A stretch of DNA of 64,000 nt from Tubiluchus corallicola (lineage: Eukaryota > Animalia > Priapulida): assembly GCA_030141605.1 (NCBI GenBank), contig JAQGDQ010000124.1:310001-374000 (forward strand), read 5' to 3'. The translations under genes and the position numbers were made by a program. Every line of letters starts with the position of its first letter. Position 1 is the stretch's first letter. Below the pieces are notes generated by a model. The model was not told where the DNA came from and ran no database searches. It worked only from the letters and a program-made list of their open reading frames with translations. Of this stretch, positions 10,959 to 25,100 are shown piece by piece.

Positions 10959-12431
10959 GCTCTAGAGAGAATGCTTACCTCGAAGACGGAGTCTGATACA
11001 CAGCAAATGAAAGTAACAGCAAGTCACACAAGTTCAGGCCCAATGTTCTACTTTGGACCTAAAAACAAAATTCAGTTATAAACTTAGTAATATAGTTGTT
11101 CATTTATTTTAACAAAGTCATTAACTTCTACTGAAAAATGTAATGAAGCACTTCTATGCTTACATTTTATAAATTTAAATACCAAGAATCCTATTTCCAA
11201 TCAAATGAAATGTTAGCACCAGTATTCATAAAAATAAAATATGCTTTATGTTTGACAATATTTATTTCTTTAATGATTCCACCCAAATACTCAGTTAACA
11301 AGATGCCAGTCAGAATTTTTTTGGGCAATCAACTGATGAGTACTGTGTTAAAGAGGCACAGACACTGCTAAGGGAATGTTGCGAGGGCTAAAAAATAATA
11401 AACACATATATTAACTTTGTACATCAAAATTTTTTCTCCGACAATTCAGCCATTTTGTGCTTTCTTTAAATCATATATGGCGCGAATACAAACAAGCCAG
11501 CTATTATAATGAAACAGTATTACAAAAGAAAAGAAAAGGATGAACACTTTGCAAAGCCGGAATAAAAGTAATAAACAATAAACTCGTTAACTTGAAGGAA
11601 ACCACTGACACAAAGTTAAACGTGTTCCTACAGCTTCAACTCTTCCAGCTTATCTGTTTTACACTGAAGAAGTGGACATATAGTTCTGAAAAGAAAAAAT
11701 ATCATAATTAAACATAATATCATAAATGTCATGGAGCGTACATAACTATTGCTTTTGTGAACCACACCATGATTTTCCAGCTAGCAAATTCATCCATTTC
11801 ATAAGTTTTATACGAGGAGAATCAGTTAAATTAAATTTCAACCTATAAAGCAATTGAGGCAGAACCGAAGTTAAAATTTTGGTCTGGCTTGATCAATACA
11901 AAGTGTTTAATTGTAAAATTTGTGATAAAATTTTTCTGAAAATAAAGCACTTAGAAATATAATGCTAAAATCCTAAAATGACGTCACATTTTTGGTAGCA
12001 AATTAAATTGTAAAATTTAGGCATTTTGTTGTGTAAGCCTTACTTGTCAATTGAAATAACTAAGTGCTTTATTTTCAGAAAAATATCATCACAATTTATC
12101 GTAAAACTGTTTGGGCCTCAGCAGAAAAGTTCAATTATAATATTAAATTAGTGCAAACAATTTCACAAATTTATATAAATTACAAATTTGAGCACACACA
12201 CTGCAAATTACAACAGAAATATGAAAAATCTAGACCATACTTTAATGCTGATATTGAAAATTCTGGCACTGTTATAAAGACATCTATTTGCTTAAAATGA
12301 TTACATATTGGAAATAAAGTTAGTTAGAAATGAATTTGTAGTCCATGGAAGTACTTATATATATATATATATAGAAGAAGATTTACAATTGATAATTTTG
12401 CTTTTAGAGAAAAATAAAGAATGGCGTAGAG

Positions 12432-13387
12432 CAGGGGTGTGCAAAGTGCGGCCCGCGAAGAGAATGGTCAACCTAATGAAAGTGCGGCCCGGGCGACGAA
12501 TTGCGTGTATCCAGCTGTATTCCGCACAACGATTACAAAGATAGTCTGGGTAGTTTTTTCCACTAGATCAGATGGCATTAACCCTTACCAGACGGTTGTC
12601 ACTTAATGTCACTGTCGGACATGACGTATTACACGTTGCTCACTTGGAACACAAAAAAGCGATGTAATCATAGAACACAGCAAACAATCATGGAAGCCGC
12701 CATTGAAATGCTCGAATGTGCAAGAAATGCGAGAAGCAATCTGATTGGCTGGTAGGAAGACCAACCAGCCAATCTCTAGGCTTTTATTATCGAGGCTGTT
12801 GATCTGCCCGGTCGTCTTCTTGGTCACAACAGGTAGATCATTTTGACTTAGTTATTATTTTACAAAATAAATTATAAAAAATACAAAATAAACAAGTAAA
12901 AATGATCTACCTACTACGAGCAAGAAGACGACTGGGCAGATCAATTTGTAAGTAGCCAGCAAGCTGAAAAAGTGTGGTCACCCCTGATTTTAGTTTCAGC
13001 TTAGGCTCAGTAGAACACGCCTCACTAGTTTCACCAGGTGTAGTGTTCTTATAGATCAGAATCATGGATAAGAAAAAAGAGGAAGATTGAAGAAGAACAT
13101 CGAGTCAAAACAGATTAATATGCACTGTTCTACACAGACTGTGTGATACACATTACTAATATGCACTGTAATGAAATTACAACTATCTGTCGTGAAAGTA
13201 GAAATATATGGTCTTAACTTCTAAAATAGTTTTTTGAGTGTAGTAGTAATAATGTGCGCAGATCGCATGCAAAAAATCATTATTAGATCCTACTGTACCT
13301 GGCTCCTTGATCAAACTGCTCGTGGCCTGCAGGAATTGCGGGAAAGTTTAATGTGGCCCGGCTAGTCTGATAATTTGCACACCCTGG
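12432..13387. mobile_element. Non-autonomous hAT (Charlie-like) element containing a second hAT-like end
   Basis: TIRs CAGGGGTGTGCAAA / TTTGCACACCCTGG; 8-bp TSD GCGTAGAG at 12424-12431 and 13388-13395; subterminal GCGGCCCG motifs; internal inverted repeat ~12799-12944; another TIR-like end GGTCACCCCTG at 12986. Confidence 0.85.
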
Positions 13388-15138
13388 GCGTAGAGGGTGG
13401 CCATTTTTCACATAGTGCTGAATTAAGTAATTTATTGTTCATTAAATGGAGATTCATTTTACATGCAGATTTTCTGTTGAACAGGCATGATCTCAGTTAT
13501 TCACAATTACCATGGTGAACTATATAGTATAAATAAAGTTTTCATTCACATTAAAATTAATCTATGGATCATAATTACCTCAACCTTGTAATGCAATACT
13601 ACTTGATGATTGTGCTTTTATTACTTGCTGTTAAGCTAGACAAGTGGGATTATCTAGACTTTTTTTATTATGCAAGCACATGGAAAGTCCAGATAGAAAC
13701 TGCCGCTCGAATACAGTTTAATGCACTACAGCTAGCTTATAGGCCTGTAACGATGTATCATGATGCCTTTCATTACGACAGGGGTAGCACCAAAGTGCCA
13801 CTCGTATTGTGATAATACGAGTCAATGATATTCAACAGCGTAGCTTGGCCGTACGCTGATAAAAATAATGTGAAGTAATTCAAGCTGTAGCTGTAGAGAG
13901 TAATGTAAACACATATCAATCAGTGCAGCGAGCAGTAGTTCACTTAACACAGACACTGCTAGCAATCAAAGTAGTTGAAAACGCAAGGTGTTTAATGACA
14001 TGACTATCATTATGGCCCTATTAGCTTACTCCATCAACTTTACCATAAACTACGATTCTATCTATATGCAGTTAGGGGCAGGGCAAAGCTTAAAAATCCG
14101 AAAACCAAATCGGATCTGAAGCACATTTTAGCTTCAACTCCAAAACCGAAGTGAACCCGAATTTCACATTCCCGCAGTTTCCGAAATCAAACAGAATCTT
14201 CAATCTTCCGTACCAGATTGAATCCGAGTTTTTAAACTTAACACCATGTTTTTATACTTAGGATTAGTGCAGTGTTAGTTGCAAAGGATGTTATAGTTAT
14301 TTTGAAACATTCTTGCTAGACTCAGTAAAATTTCTTTATTCAGAATTTAGTTTTTGGCTTAGTTTATTATTAGCTTGCCGTGATCTTTATCTGCTGCTAT
14401 CTAGAAAATATTGCTACTACTATGCAAGTTGTGATACTATGTGCAAAGAATTTAGAAAAATTTGGGGATATTTTATGATACAATTATAAATTAAAAAGGA
14501 AATTATACATAAAATGTGCCAAAATATCATGATATATTGTCTGTTTTTAGAAGCATGTTAACTGAAACCTTGCGTGAGTTGCATCAAATGCGGCTGAAAA
14601 TAGCAAAGGTGTGGCGTTGAACTGATGAATAATTTATGCAGTGCATAACTTTTACGGAGATTTGCGATCACATTAAAGGTGTCGACATGGCGATGTTCGG
14701 AAACTGAAGTTGTATATGCGCTGTAGATCAGTACAGCGTTTTTAGAATTTTTTAATCGCACATACTCTCACGCTTTTTCTCTTTTAAGTGTAAGTTCCGT
14801 TATTGTTTGCCTTGTAATTCAATTGTAAGAAACAAATATATCTTGCACCTTATTTCACATCATGGCATTGAAGACTTATAGTAGTGTAGTAACTTGGTCA
14901 CCAAAATTAACAACAGGTTTAAGTCTGACTTTAAACTACAGACCTGAATTAAATCAATTTAGCCAATATAACTGAGCTGGTGAAACTGAAATCACAAACA
15001 ACGGTACGTTGTTAGTGATATTCGTCAGTAAAATTTTATAAACTGCTAAAATATAAAATCTTATTCCAAAAAATTACAAACCTGCGTCTTATACTTAGTA
15101 TTTATACAATGACACTACAATAATCTACTGTAAATTAC

Positions 15139-15225
15139 CATTACTGCAAGATTAACAAAGAAAACACCCAACTCCTTGATTTTTGCGCCATTTTGGTGGA
15201 CAACGTGGGCGCGAACGTGCACAAC
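15139..15225 (-). promoter_or_regulatory. Putative TSS/first-exon region of minus-strand array 1
   Basis: Local CpG-rich patch, YY1-like AAAATGGCG at 15194-15186 and donor ATG|GTAATT at 15138. The ATG ORF stops after 16 codons. Confidence 0.5.
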
Positions 15226-18200
15226 CAAGAATGTTGCAAATTTTCACAATTTAGTTACTAAGGCACTCGCCAGGGTATAAATGTAGAAATTATTTTAAAC
15301 GACCAAAGCTCCTCAGAAGGCCAACAGAATACTTAAACTGAGTGCTTTTATAAAGAACTGTTAATTATATTATTATTGTAAAGTTGTTATCACTTTGTAG
15401 AAAACAAAATAAATAGTTACTATTATTATTATTATTTGTTCTACTGGTTGCAGAAATTATTATAATTATGGTAAAGTAGCATAAAAATTAATGTTATGTA
15501 ACTCAAAGTAAAGTACTTATTAAAACTTAGAAATTTGCATGAAGTGCTATAAATGAAAAAAGCAAATTAATTCCTCACTCTGGTTCAAAATATGAACCAG
15601 AATTTCTAGCATAGTCAGCACTCCGAAACATCACACAGAGTACCTGTTGGCACAGCACTTCTGTCTACTATTACAGTGTCACAATATATAGTTTCTCAAG
15701 TCTAGAGCTTGGCCGCTAAAATATTCCTCGTTTTATGTAATTTAGCATATTACAAATTACATTACATTACTGTATATTCACCTTTTTCATACACTTCGGT
15801 CATGGATGCTTTGAGCCCCCAGGTATCAAGCAACAGGAGGCCCTACAGTGCATCCGAAGCCTGGCTCGTTTTAGAGAATGTATTCCACTGATAAAATGAG
15901 CCACTGAACTGTTAGTGGTGTCTTAGCTACACTTGGATGTTATACCCTTAACAGCCACAATCACAGTATGTTTACATAATACACGGCTGAATATAAACCG
16001 CATATGGAGATAACGTGGCGCATATGGCTGCATTGGGGTTCCATTTGCCAGTAAACCAGCCACACGGCCTGCTGGAGCATCATTAAAATTTGCGTAGAAG
16101 GCGCATTCTCTCACTTCTCAAATTGAGTCTAACCCGCCGATGTCGTGAAAGTTACATTTAAATGATTTTGATGCAATCTGAGTACAAGCAAATAGAATTT
16201 GAGCACATTGGAGGCATAACCTGTTCGGAAAATTCCTTAAAAATATTAATGACATGGCCCGTTTTGCAGTAAGTTTTGTGGGTGGTTCGACCTCTTCGCT
16301 GTGTCATGTGCGCAGTCAAAATTTCAGCTGATTTTATTCAGAATTTTGTCCGGAAAATGTGTCCAAACTCGGCTGAATTTTCAGATTTAAACTCCCGATT
16401 TTTTCGAAATTTTGGCTAAACAGCCTATAGAAAAAACGTTTTAGCGGCGCTTAGTGTGACTCTAGGAAGGAGATATATAGCTCTTTACAAAGAGAAAGAA
16501 CAGGGCTGCACGATGATGTGGGCTATAATGTAGTACGCGTCCACCAAGAGGAGTAGGGAGAAGTTAATTAGATATTTCTATTTTTGGCAATTTTTGCTTG
16601 GAAAACTGCTGACGCAAAGCCATTGTTCTGACGTCATCCATTATACTCTGTCTATATGCCATAATGAAATGAGTGATGCGACATCTGGCGGCAGAGCTGG
16701 AACACGATGCGCCGCTTGCTGTGTGGTTATCTCGATACGCCTCCGGCAGTCAGAAGATCGCATGTGTGAGAGACTAATTGCCCTATTGGTTATCGTTGTC
16801 ATCCGGTTTTTTGTTGGTAATATAGGAAGCAGAAATTTCTCTGGTATGTCAGCTCATTATCTACTCAATGAAGTCTTCTTATTTGGATTTGCTTGTGTCA
16901 GTTGTGTTTCTTTAATCACACGAACACTATTTTATCAGGCCAGTTAACTGGTACCCAAAAACTTCATTAAAAAGACATCATTAGAGATGTCATTAAAAAG
17001 CATTTTTTTTATTTTGTGTTTCGATTAGCGGGATAATTATAATATAAAAACGTGTGGTGCCTAGTCATTATCTGTAATGATGATTCAATATGCAAAGTTT
17101 TTACAAAACTGAATAGGTCTCCGTTATTAACAATAATAATTGACACAAGCAAAACAAACCCCGAAAACTGCTGTAACTCCCCTGCAAATGGCAAGCCCAT
17201 TACCAGCTAATTAGCCAATCAGTCAGTCAGTAATTAATCAGTCAATGAGTTGTCGACTAGTTACATGGGTTATTAGTGTTGACAACTTCCTGGAGAAATG
17301 AAAATGTAACATCACTTATATAAAGAACGCAAAGTGACAGTGTGCACACAGGATTAACGGTTCAGCAGCAAATCATACCATAGTAATGATAACGTTGAAA
17401 AGTTTGTCCCCACAGCAATGTGCAAAACGTTGGATCGGTTGTGGACTGGAGACTTGCAAGCAGCGCTGCTCTGTCAGTCCTCTTTTTTCCCCATGACGTT
17501 AACCATAATATAGCTACGAATCTAGGATATACCAAAAGATATGGATAGTGCTTTAATTTATGCAATATTTTATACAGTAGTAATAATTATAAAATTTAGA
17601 AAGCATTTTATGGAAACTAGAAAAAAACATTTTATAAAGTTTTTTAAGCTTTCATAAATTAAAAGTGGCCGGAATTATGCAGTTTTTACGACTTCTGACA
17701 GCACGTTCGCCTCTTTCTGGCACATGTATTTAATCCATACTGTTCACTGCTTTCAGGAAAACCTGTGAATACGACAGGTCGTGAATGATAGTGTGACATG
17801 AATTTTGCACTGACTGCGTGAGCACTCGCTGGTTTACTGTCCCAAGCCCTTGCCCCAAGCACTTCTGAACGGGTCATGCACGTGGCCCGATGACGTGCGT
17901 CGAACGCATCGGGACGAACATGCATACAGCATACTGCAGTTGCTCGCTCCATGAACCTGTCAAAACCAACACCACAGCACTGACAAATTACTAATTTTGT
18001 TATGCTTTGACCAGCTCGTAAAAACAAATAAAGGAGGAAAATAGCACAAGGTTTGCATGAAAATTCGTTCTGAAACAGAAATAAAGGCGATTTTCCTGGC
18101 AAGTGAGCTACACGCACCTACATTATGTAAATTACAGTTACTATTCGTTATTGCTAAATTTTGGGAGGTGACTTTAAGTCCATAGCACCACGTCTTTTTA

Positions 18201-18579
18201 AAATCTTCATGTCTCTGTGACGTAAGAAAAGTTTAAAGATTGGTGTAATGTATTACACTTATTACCACATACTACTAGTTTTAAGCGTACATGATATGAG
18301 CCTATCATTGTCATTCCCGCTTTTACATAAGTAGTTTTCGAAATTCGAAACGTCAGTACACTATAAGTTATTTTTGGCCAGTCTTTGTCACCATACCCCA
18401 TCGAGTGACAATTTTGTTTCCGGATAAGCTACAATCAGGTATGCAGATCCCAACTTAGAAGGGCAAGAACCTGATCATTTTAGCATTATGTTAACCTACG
18501 TTGAAGACAAAAAAGGGCGACCAGAACTCGGCCAAATGACTGACCAAACGTAAACAAAAAATTTGCTCCGAGCGAGGTG

Positions 18580-18665
18580 AAACATAAACACTATTCCATA
18601 AACACTATCTTTTAACAATTACTGTTGGTGGGCATGTATACCATCGTAAGTTTTGCGCATGCGCA
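18580..18665 (+). promoter_or_regulatory. Putative non-coding first exon of GDA and NRF1/Ewg-type site
   Basis: Donor CCATC|GTAAGT at 18646, followed by the perfect palindrome TGCGCATGCGCA at 18654-18665; next acceptor at 19066. Confidence 0.55.
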
Positions 18666-19100
18666 TTTTATAGTTAGGTTGCTCAATTCTCTTATTACCT
18701 TTACATTTAATAAATAAACAAATTATAGCAGACGGTTGATAACGACGTGAACAGAGTGTGGTTATTGGAAAGCGAATGGTATTTTTGGCATAATGCACTG
18801 AATTTTAGTTTTGTTAAAATATAATTTGGTGTTCAAACTCAAGCTGGAATGCCCTCACGGGGGAAATTCATATAGGAGCAACCTGTACGCGCAGATTGTA
18901 TATAACTACATGTATAAGTTTACTTTCATGCAGTAACAACAGCTGACGCAGTTTACGCCTAATGGCTTATACTAACAGACGATTGAGGTCATAAGGCAAG
19001 GAGTAAAGGTTTGAAAGAGCTGAACCTAAAAAGTTAGATTTGATTAATAAGGTTTTGTATTTACAGTACAATTTAGTCGAAAATATACTGTTATTGTGTC

Positions 19101-22100
19101 ATGATGCCAGAAAAAAGGCGGCTCAGAGTGTTTCACGGGACGGCGGTGCATTCGACAGCATCAAAACCGTTATGTGTACTAGAGAATTGTGTTATAGGAG
19201 TCAAAGATCAAAAGGTAAGTGATTGCTCGCTTATCAATATAAGAATTGCAAAGTAAGCAGATCTCTAGATTTACCCGCAAACTGAATGACTGGTTGAAAG
19301 CAAATACCCATTCAAATGATTTTCCTTTAATAACTAACAAAGTGATTTATCTTGAAGTCCAGTCCAGTGGTGGAACTGACGTGGTGTACAAATCTAACTC
19401 ACGATTCTTTGCACTCATTTCCGTAAATTTCAGTGATCGAATTAGTTTTTTTATCGTTCGGGTTGGTTTAAGTTTTTAAGACCATCTTTGGTCTAAGACC
19501 AGAGTTGGCTTAATTTCATCTGCTTCAGGTCTAATGTTAGTACAGCAATGTTAAAGGAAGGGGCAACTAGTATACGGTGTATCATGAAATCTTCACGTAT
19601 ACTCAATACTGCATCATTGCAACGTGCGTAGTGAAATGAATTTTTTCCATCAGGCTGAACAAGTAAAACTAACAATTTTATTGTGTGGGTCAGCATGCGT
19701 TTCTATACTCGCTTGGCATAGAGTTAATTTTACCGCTGTAAATCGAAAATTGCTTCGAATGCTTCTAGTACAATAGTAGGTTATTATTAATCTAATTGAA
19801 CAATTTTATTTGCAAAAATGCAATAATGTTTTTATATGTTGTCGAAGTGTGAACTATTTTACTTTTAAGGAATTTCCGTTGTGTTTTATGGGTTTTGCAC
19901 ACGTAGGCGCATTATTTTACTTCTCGCATCGAAGAGAATAATGGCATGACTTCTGATTTATATAAGATAACTTTTAAATGGACTTCTGTCTGTGTACTTT
20001 TTGTAGATAGCTTTTGTGGTCAATGAAGAAGAATTGGAAACTATTCAGGAAGAATTTAAATTCAGAAACAATGACGTCACAACGTTAAAACCATCGTAAG
20101 TCTGCCTGTTTTGGACTAGCTCATAACTAAATAACAACATTTGTTAAATAACATAGCTCGCCAGGCCCATCAGGAATTGCACCTAACAAGTGACATATCA
20201 TCTAATCTTGTTCTGGATTTACTAAAATAAAGATAATGCAGTTATTTATTATGGTCATAGAGATGCTGTCTATGTACCTAACAAGTGACATATCATCTAA
20301 TCTTATTCTGGATTAACTAAAATAAAGATAATGCAGTTATTTATTATGGTTATAGAGATGCTGGCTATTATAGGGTCTAATGAGCTCACTAAAGTGTGTA
20401 TGACTAGTTTCGTTATTACAATTGTTGCAACTTCATTTCCATTGTCATCTATTGCTCCTACCATTGTTGATGATGACGATGATAATGATAACAGTACTTA
20501 ATAATAACAATAAACGTAATAAAAATTGCTACGATTGTAGTAAAAATCACAAGACTTTTTATTTGGAAAAAGAAACAGGTCTAAAATCAGCCATGCCTTA
20601 CTCCCAGAAATTGAATATTGGAAGCTTTCCTTACTATGGATGTTGCGGTTTAGGTTCGTTTCCCAGAAAAAAGTTTGTTTCTCCCTCTTTCTACCCTTCT
20701 CTGCCGCCCTCCCTTTCTACCCCTTCTCACTCGTTTTCCTTTCTTCTTCTCTGTCTGTCTCTTTCTCTCCCACTTTTTCTCCCTCTCTTTTTCTTGTCTT
20801 TCCCCTTTCTCTCTCATCGCTTTCTCCTATTCTCTTGCTGTTTGTTCGTCTTCCCCTAGGTCATTGTCTCTTTCACCCCCTCTCTCTCTTCTCTCTCGCT
20901 TTCCCTCAGTCACCCTTTGTTCTCTATCTCCCTCCATTTCCCTCTTTCTCCCTCATCCTATTTCTCTCACTCTTTTCTCCCTCTCTCTTTCTCTCTTTCA
21001 CCCCTCGATCTCTTTCGTACTTTCTTGTAGTTGTCTACAGCGCCTTGAGCAATGACCAATTTAAAATATTTTTTTAATTTCGTTTTGGAAAAGTTTTTTT
21101 ATGGCAGAACTAGACCCTAGTTCATTATCAAGATAATCCTCTGAGATGAAAGACTGAACTGGCACAGTTACATTCTGATGCACGTACATCTCTAAACACC
21201 AAGAAATGAACGAAATAATTCGGAATCACAGTAAAAGTACGTAACTGCACAAAAGTGATATTCCTAAGTGGTCTCCCAGCAAACCTGCTGCTAGGCTCTG
21301 TATTGCTTAACTTTAGTAGCCAGTCACACGCCGCGATCACTCACTATGGTGTATATGCAAAGATCAACGTGATTTGCTACCAAATCGTTCTGATATTACA
21401 AATCTACTTTCTTGCTTTAACGAGATGACCAATTTTTTCGATCACAAGATCCCTATTACTCATTACTGTAGCTGAAACAAACTACTTTTTATTGCGTATT
21501 ATCTAACTTCGCCTTAAAAAGATTTATTACATTTTATGTACGTTTTATTTTCTATGAAATGACCGTTCTGGGAAACGGCAATTCTGGGAAAATTCTTTCT
21601 TGGAAAATTTTTTTCTGGGAAGTGAATTTTCTAAAAATTTTCTATGAAAGTTTTTTGTCGGGCAAAAATGTTTTCAGACAAAAGCTTTTCTGGGAAACGA
21701 ATTTACCACGGATGTTGGCATACTGATTACTGAAGCCACCCCGTGGAAAACCTAAACAGAACTAATACAGTATGTCACGTGATTAAATCTTCGCATGGTA
21801 ATGAGAATTCTAGTTCAAGTTTACATGCAAAGCCCCGGGAGCTAGGAAAGCCAAGTTGCTGAATACTTTCTCAAAGGTGTGGCTGCGCAGCATCTTTAGC
21901 TGGAATAATACACTTGCGTGGTTCCGTCAACAGTAGGTCTACTGTTTTTAATAACAAAATACATGTGGGCTGGAGCCTCAGCTTGTTACTTCAACCCACT
22001 CGAGAGACTGCAAAATCGTATTGTCATCTGACTAGATCTAATTTATGGTTAATCCTCCAAAACCTTACTCGATTTAGGTCCACTTCCCATATAAAAGCGT

Positions 22101-25100
22101 TTCTCCGAAAACCATTTTCCATGACACAATAACTTCCCAGAAGAAACTGCCAGAAAAAAATCCCTAAAACTCGCTTCACAAAAAACAGTACTACCGAGAA
22201 ATAATTTTTATTAGAAAGGTAACGGTTACTTTTTTTAATTGCAAGATCTGCTGTTTTAACAGCCTCTGGTTTCTATTTTTGTCTTTGCCTCTTCCCTCTA
22301 CTTCTCTCCCTTTGCACATTTTTCTCCATCAATCACCTCTTTTCTCTCCAGACTTTCTTCCTCCCTGCTTATTGTTCTTTCGTCCTCTCCTACCAACACT
22401 CTTTTTTTCCCCTTTTGCTTTTATCTTTTCTTGTCTTCCCCTCTTTCCCTCACTCTCTCTCATTCTCTATCCATCCAGCCTCTTTCTCGTCTACACTTTA
22501 ATAAACAACATAGAAAATGAAATCACCGCGACTTCACGAAGTATGCAGATTTGTGAAATTTTTGGCATCTAAATTTCCTAAATAAATTCCCCTGCCCCTT
22601 CACAAGACTTTAGACAGGTCTTCGGTGCACCGATCAAAAACAGGTTCTACCTAGCGTTATCTTATGGCAGGACCAGACTCTAGTTGATTATCAAGACAAT
22701 CCTGTGAACCAGCAGAGCAGTCACAGTCACATTCGGATGCTTGTACAAATTGCACATCCTCTCTAAATGAAATAATCGCAGAGAAAGAAATTGCCGAAGA
22801 GGGAGATTCCCAAAGTGGTCACCCAACCACCCAGTTGCCAGGCTTGGCATGCTTAACTTCAGTAACCAAGCACATACCGTGACCACTCAGGTGTCTTGCT
22901 TCTCCCAAGATAAAGAATGCCAAATTTCAACCACATTTAAATGACTGTTTCATGGGAGAAAAATAAAAAGAATCTGAATTTGAATCTGAACAGTGCAAAA
23001 GTTATTCCAGCTTTAGCCGACCATAACCACAGCACCGTTACGTAGCAACAGCAGATCAGTAAGAACAATAACAAGGTGATTAATTCTATGGTTGTTAATG
23101 GCTAATTTACACAAACACACAGTACGAATATGCAAATTAACATAATAGTACTTACATAGCTTTTCTGACGTTACAAAATTACTTTTTTGCCTTAACAGGA
23201 TGATCGTGTGATCCAAGTAGTTAGAATGAACTACTACAATACTTTCATCATACGTTCCTAATGCGTAATATCTAATACAATAATTTATTACATTTTCTGT
23301 GAATTTTATTTTCTATGAAAAAATGACAGTTCTGGACAAAAAAATTCTGGGAAATGGCAATTCTGGGTAAGATCTTTTCTGGGAAGTACATTTTTCTGCC
23401 AAAATTTTTTAGAAAAAAGCTCTTCTGGGAAATGAGTGTACCCACTGGCAAAGTTTGTTGGTACATTAGACCACTTTTATTCTGATTTTAATGAAAGGCA
23501 TTTACTGTTATTTGTTTTTCGTTTCCAAACTCTGACAGTTAGCTTGTATGACTTGTGATGCTGCTCTACCCATATTTTCACAATTTCATTCTAAATTAAT
23601 TATGCACCATTAAATGCACCAAGAAATTTCTTCTGAAAAAACGTTGTACTTCACAATTGAATGTTATAAGATACCTCCTACAATAGCAATTTGATTACTA
23701 AAATTCTATTTTTCTGGAAATGTGCTCACATTTTCAAGTTTTTGCTCAACATTACCCCGAATGACAACTAGCCTTGTTTGATGTTATTTGTATCAAAAAA
23801 GCAAAATACAGCACGAAATTCATACATATGTATATATATTTGTATATACATATGTATGAATTTCGAGCTGTATATTGCTTTTTTGATACAAATAACATAT
23901 TTGTAAAAAATATTATATATAATCTAGATATATATAGAACTCAAAATAAAAAAAAATAAATGCTTGTTTAAAAATTTAGTTTATAATTATTATAATTTAT
24001 TAAGAGCGATTTTTACTATTCATTGGCAAGTATGTACATCTCAAAGACAGACACTGTTTTGAATTAGCACTAGTAGTAGTAGTCTTACATTAATATGGTG
24101 GTGGCCTACATTGTATATTAACATTTTTTACTACAAGCGTGATTATCAATTTTATCTCGCAAGGTCGATTTGTCCTTGTAAAATAAACCCTGGCTGTCAT
24201 GAACTTTATACTACCAATAGTCACTTTGAGGTAGTTACGACATATTAATAACTCCATCCGTGGCCTGCAGAAAATTATTGTAATACTATCAGTAATATTT
24301 TTGTAATAATGCTAACTGTGTTCAACATAAAATTACTGAAGTAATTAACAGTCTAATCACATTTTATGCTACACGTCAGGTACAACATATTGCAAATAAT
24401 GCTGCATTTGTAAAAATTCAGATTAGTGTAGTAATGCTATACATAGTGATATCTTTGTCACTTTTATTCAGCTCGATAAATGGTAAAACACCATGCACAT
24501 AGCTGCAAAAACATACTGTAGCACTTTTACAAGTTATAAGAAATTATGAATTACAAAATTAATTTATACAGAATATGTAAATAACATTGCAATATTTCAA
24601 ACACCTCTTTACAAGTAGTCGTAAAAAGCCGGGTATGTTAGTAATCATGATCAGCCATTAGATGCATAAGTCACAATATCGTGTATTTTCAAAGTGACGT
24701 TAGCTATTTAATTAAATACAACGTTGCCTGTGTTGAGGTCATCTAGCTCTTCAGTTGCATGATAAAACAATATAGTCTTATAATAAGGTTAAAAGAACAG
24801 AAATTATTTTAATGACAACAACTTTAACTTCAAAAAAAATTTAATTCAAAGCAAATGGCAATTAAATTACATTTTACTCATTTCAATTTAGTTTATTTAT
24901 GCGCATTCTGATTACGTGTTTTCTGATTTTTCTTAGCACGTTTTGCAGTGCCTTGAGCAGAAGGAGGTTGCTGTTTCTTATTCATCAGTTCAAGTTGTTT
25001 CTCGATAGTATCACCAATATTAATGGAATCTGGAATGTGAACAAATCTGATTTGTTTCCCTTGGATGAAGAACTCCTGAAATTCCTGAGCTTCCCCATAC

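Larger units (their letters stand above)
6693..15200 (-). other. Candidate chain of short non-coding leader/host exons: ~15200-15139, 11685-11610, 11058-10979, 7571-7551, 7214-7149, 6859-6849, 6753-6693
   Basis: Each internal segment has a polypyrimidine-AG acceptor and a GT donor on the - strand, e.g. ttttgtttttag|..GAG|gtaagc, ttttttttttag|AACATTTAAAG|gtaaaa and gtctttttag|..CAG|gtaatt. No ORF runs through them. The 7571, 7214 and 11685 candidates have weaker donors. Confidence 0.5.

Noticed and set aside
15900-18120. GC-richer segment with ORFs 16594-16947 and 17686-18117
   Set aside because: No domain similarity; probably decayed transposon sequence, but I could not define termini or TSDs.
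20422-21077. Overlapping Leu/Ser/Phe/Pro-rich ORFs (also 22279-22572, 32307-32645, 42922-43215)
   Set aside because: These are translations of CT/GA low-complexity tracts.
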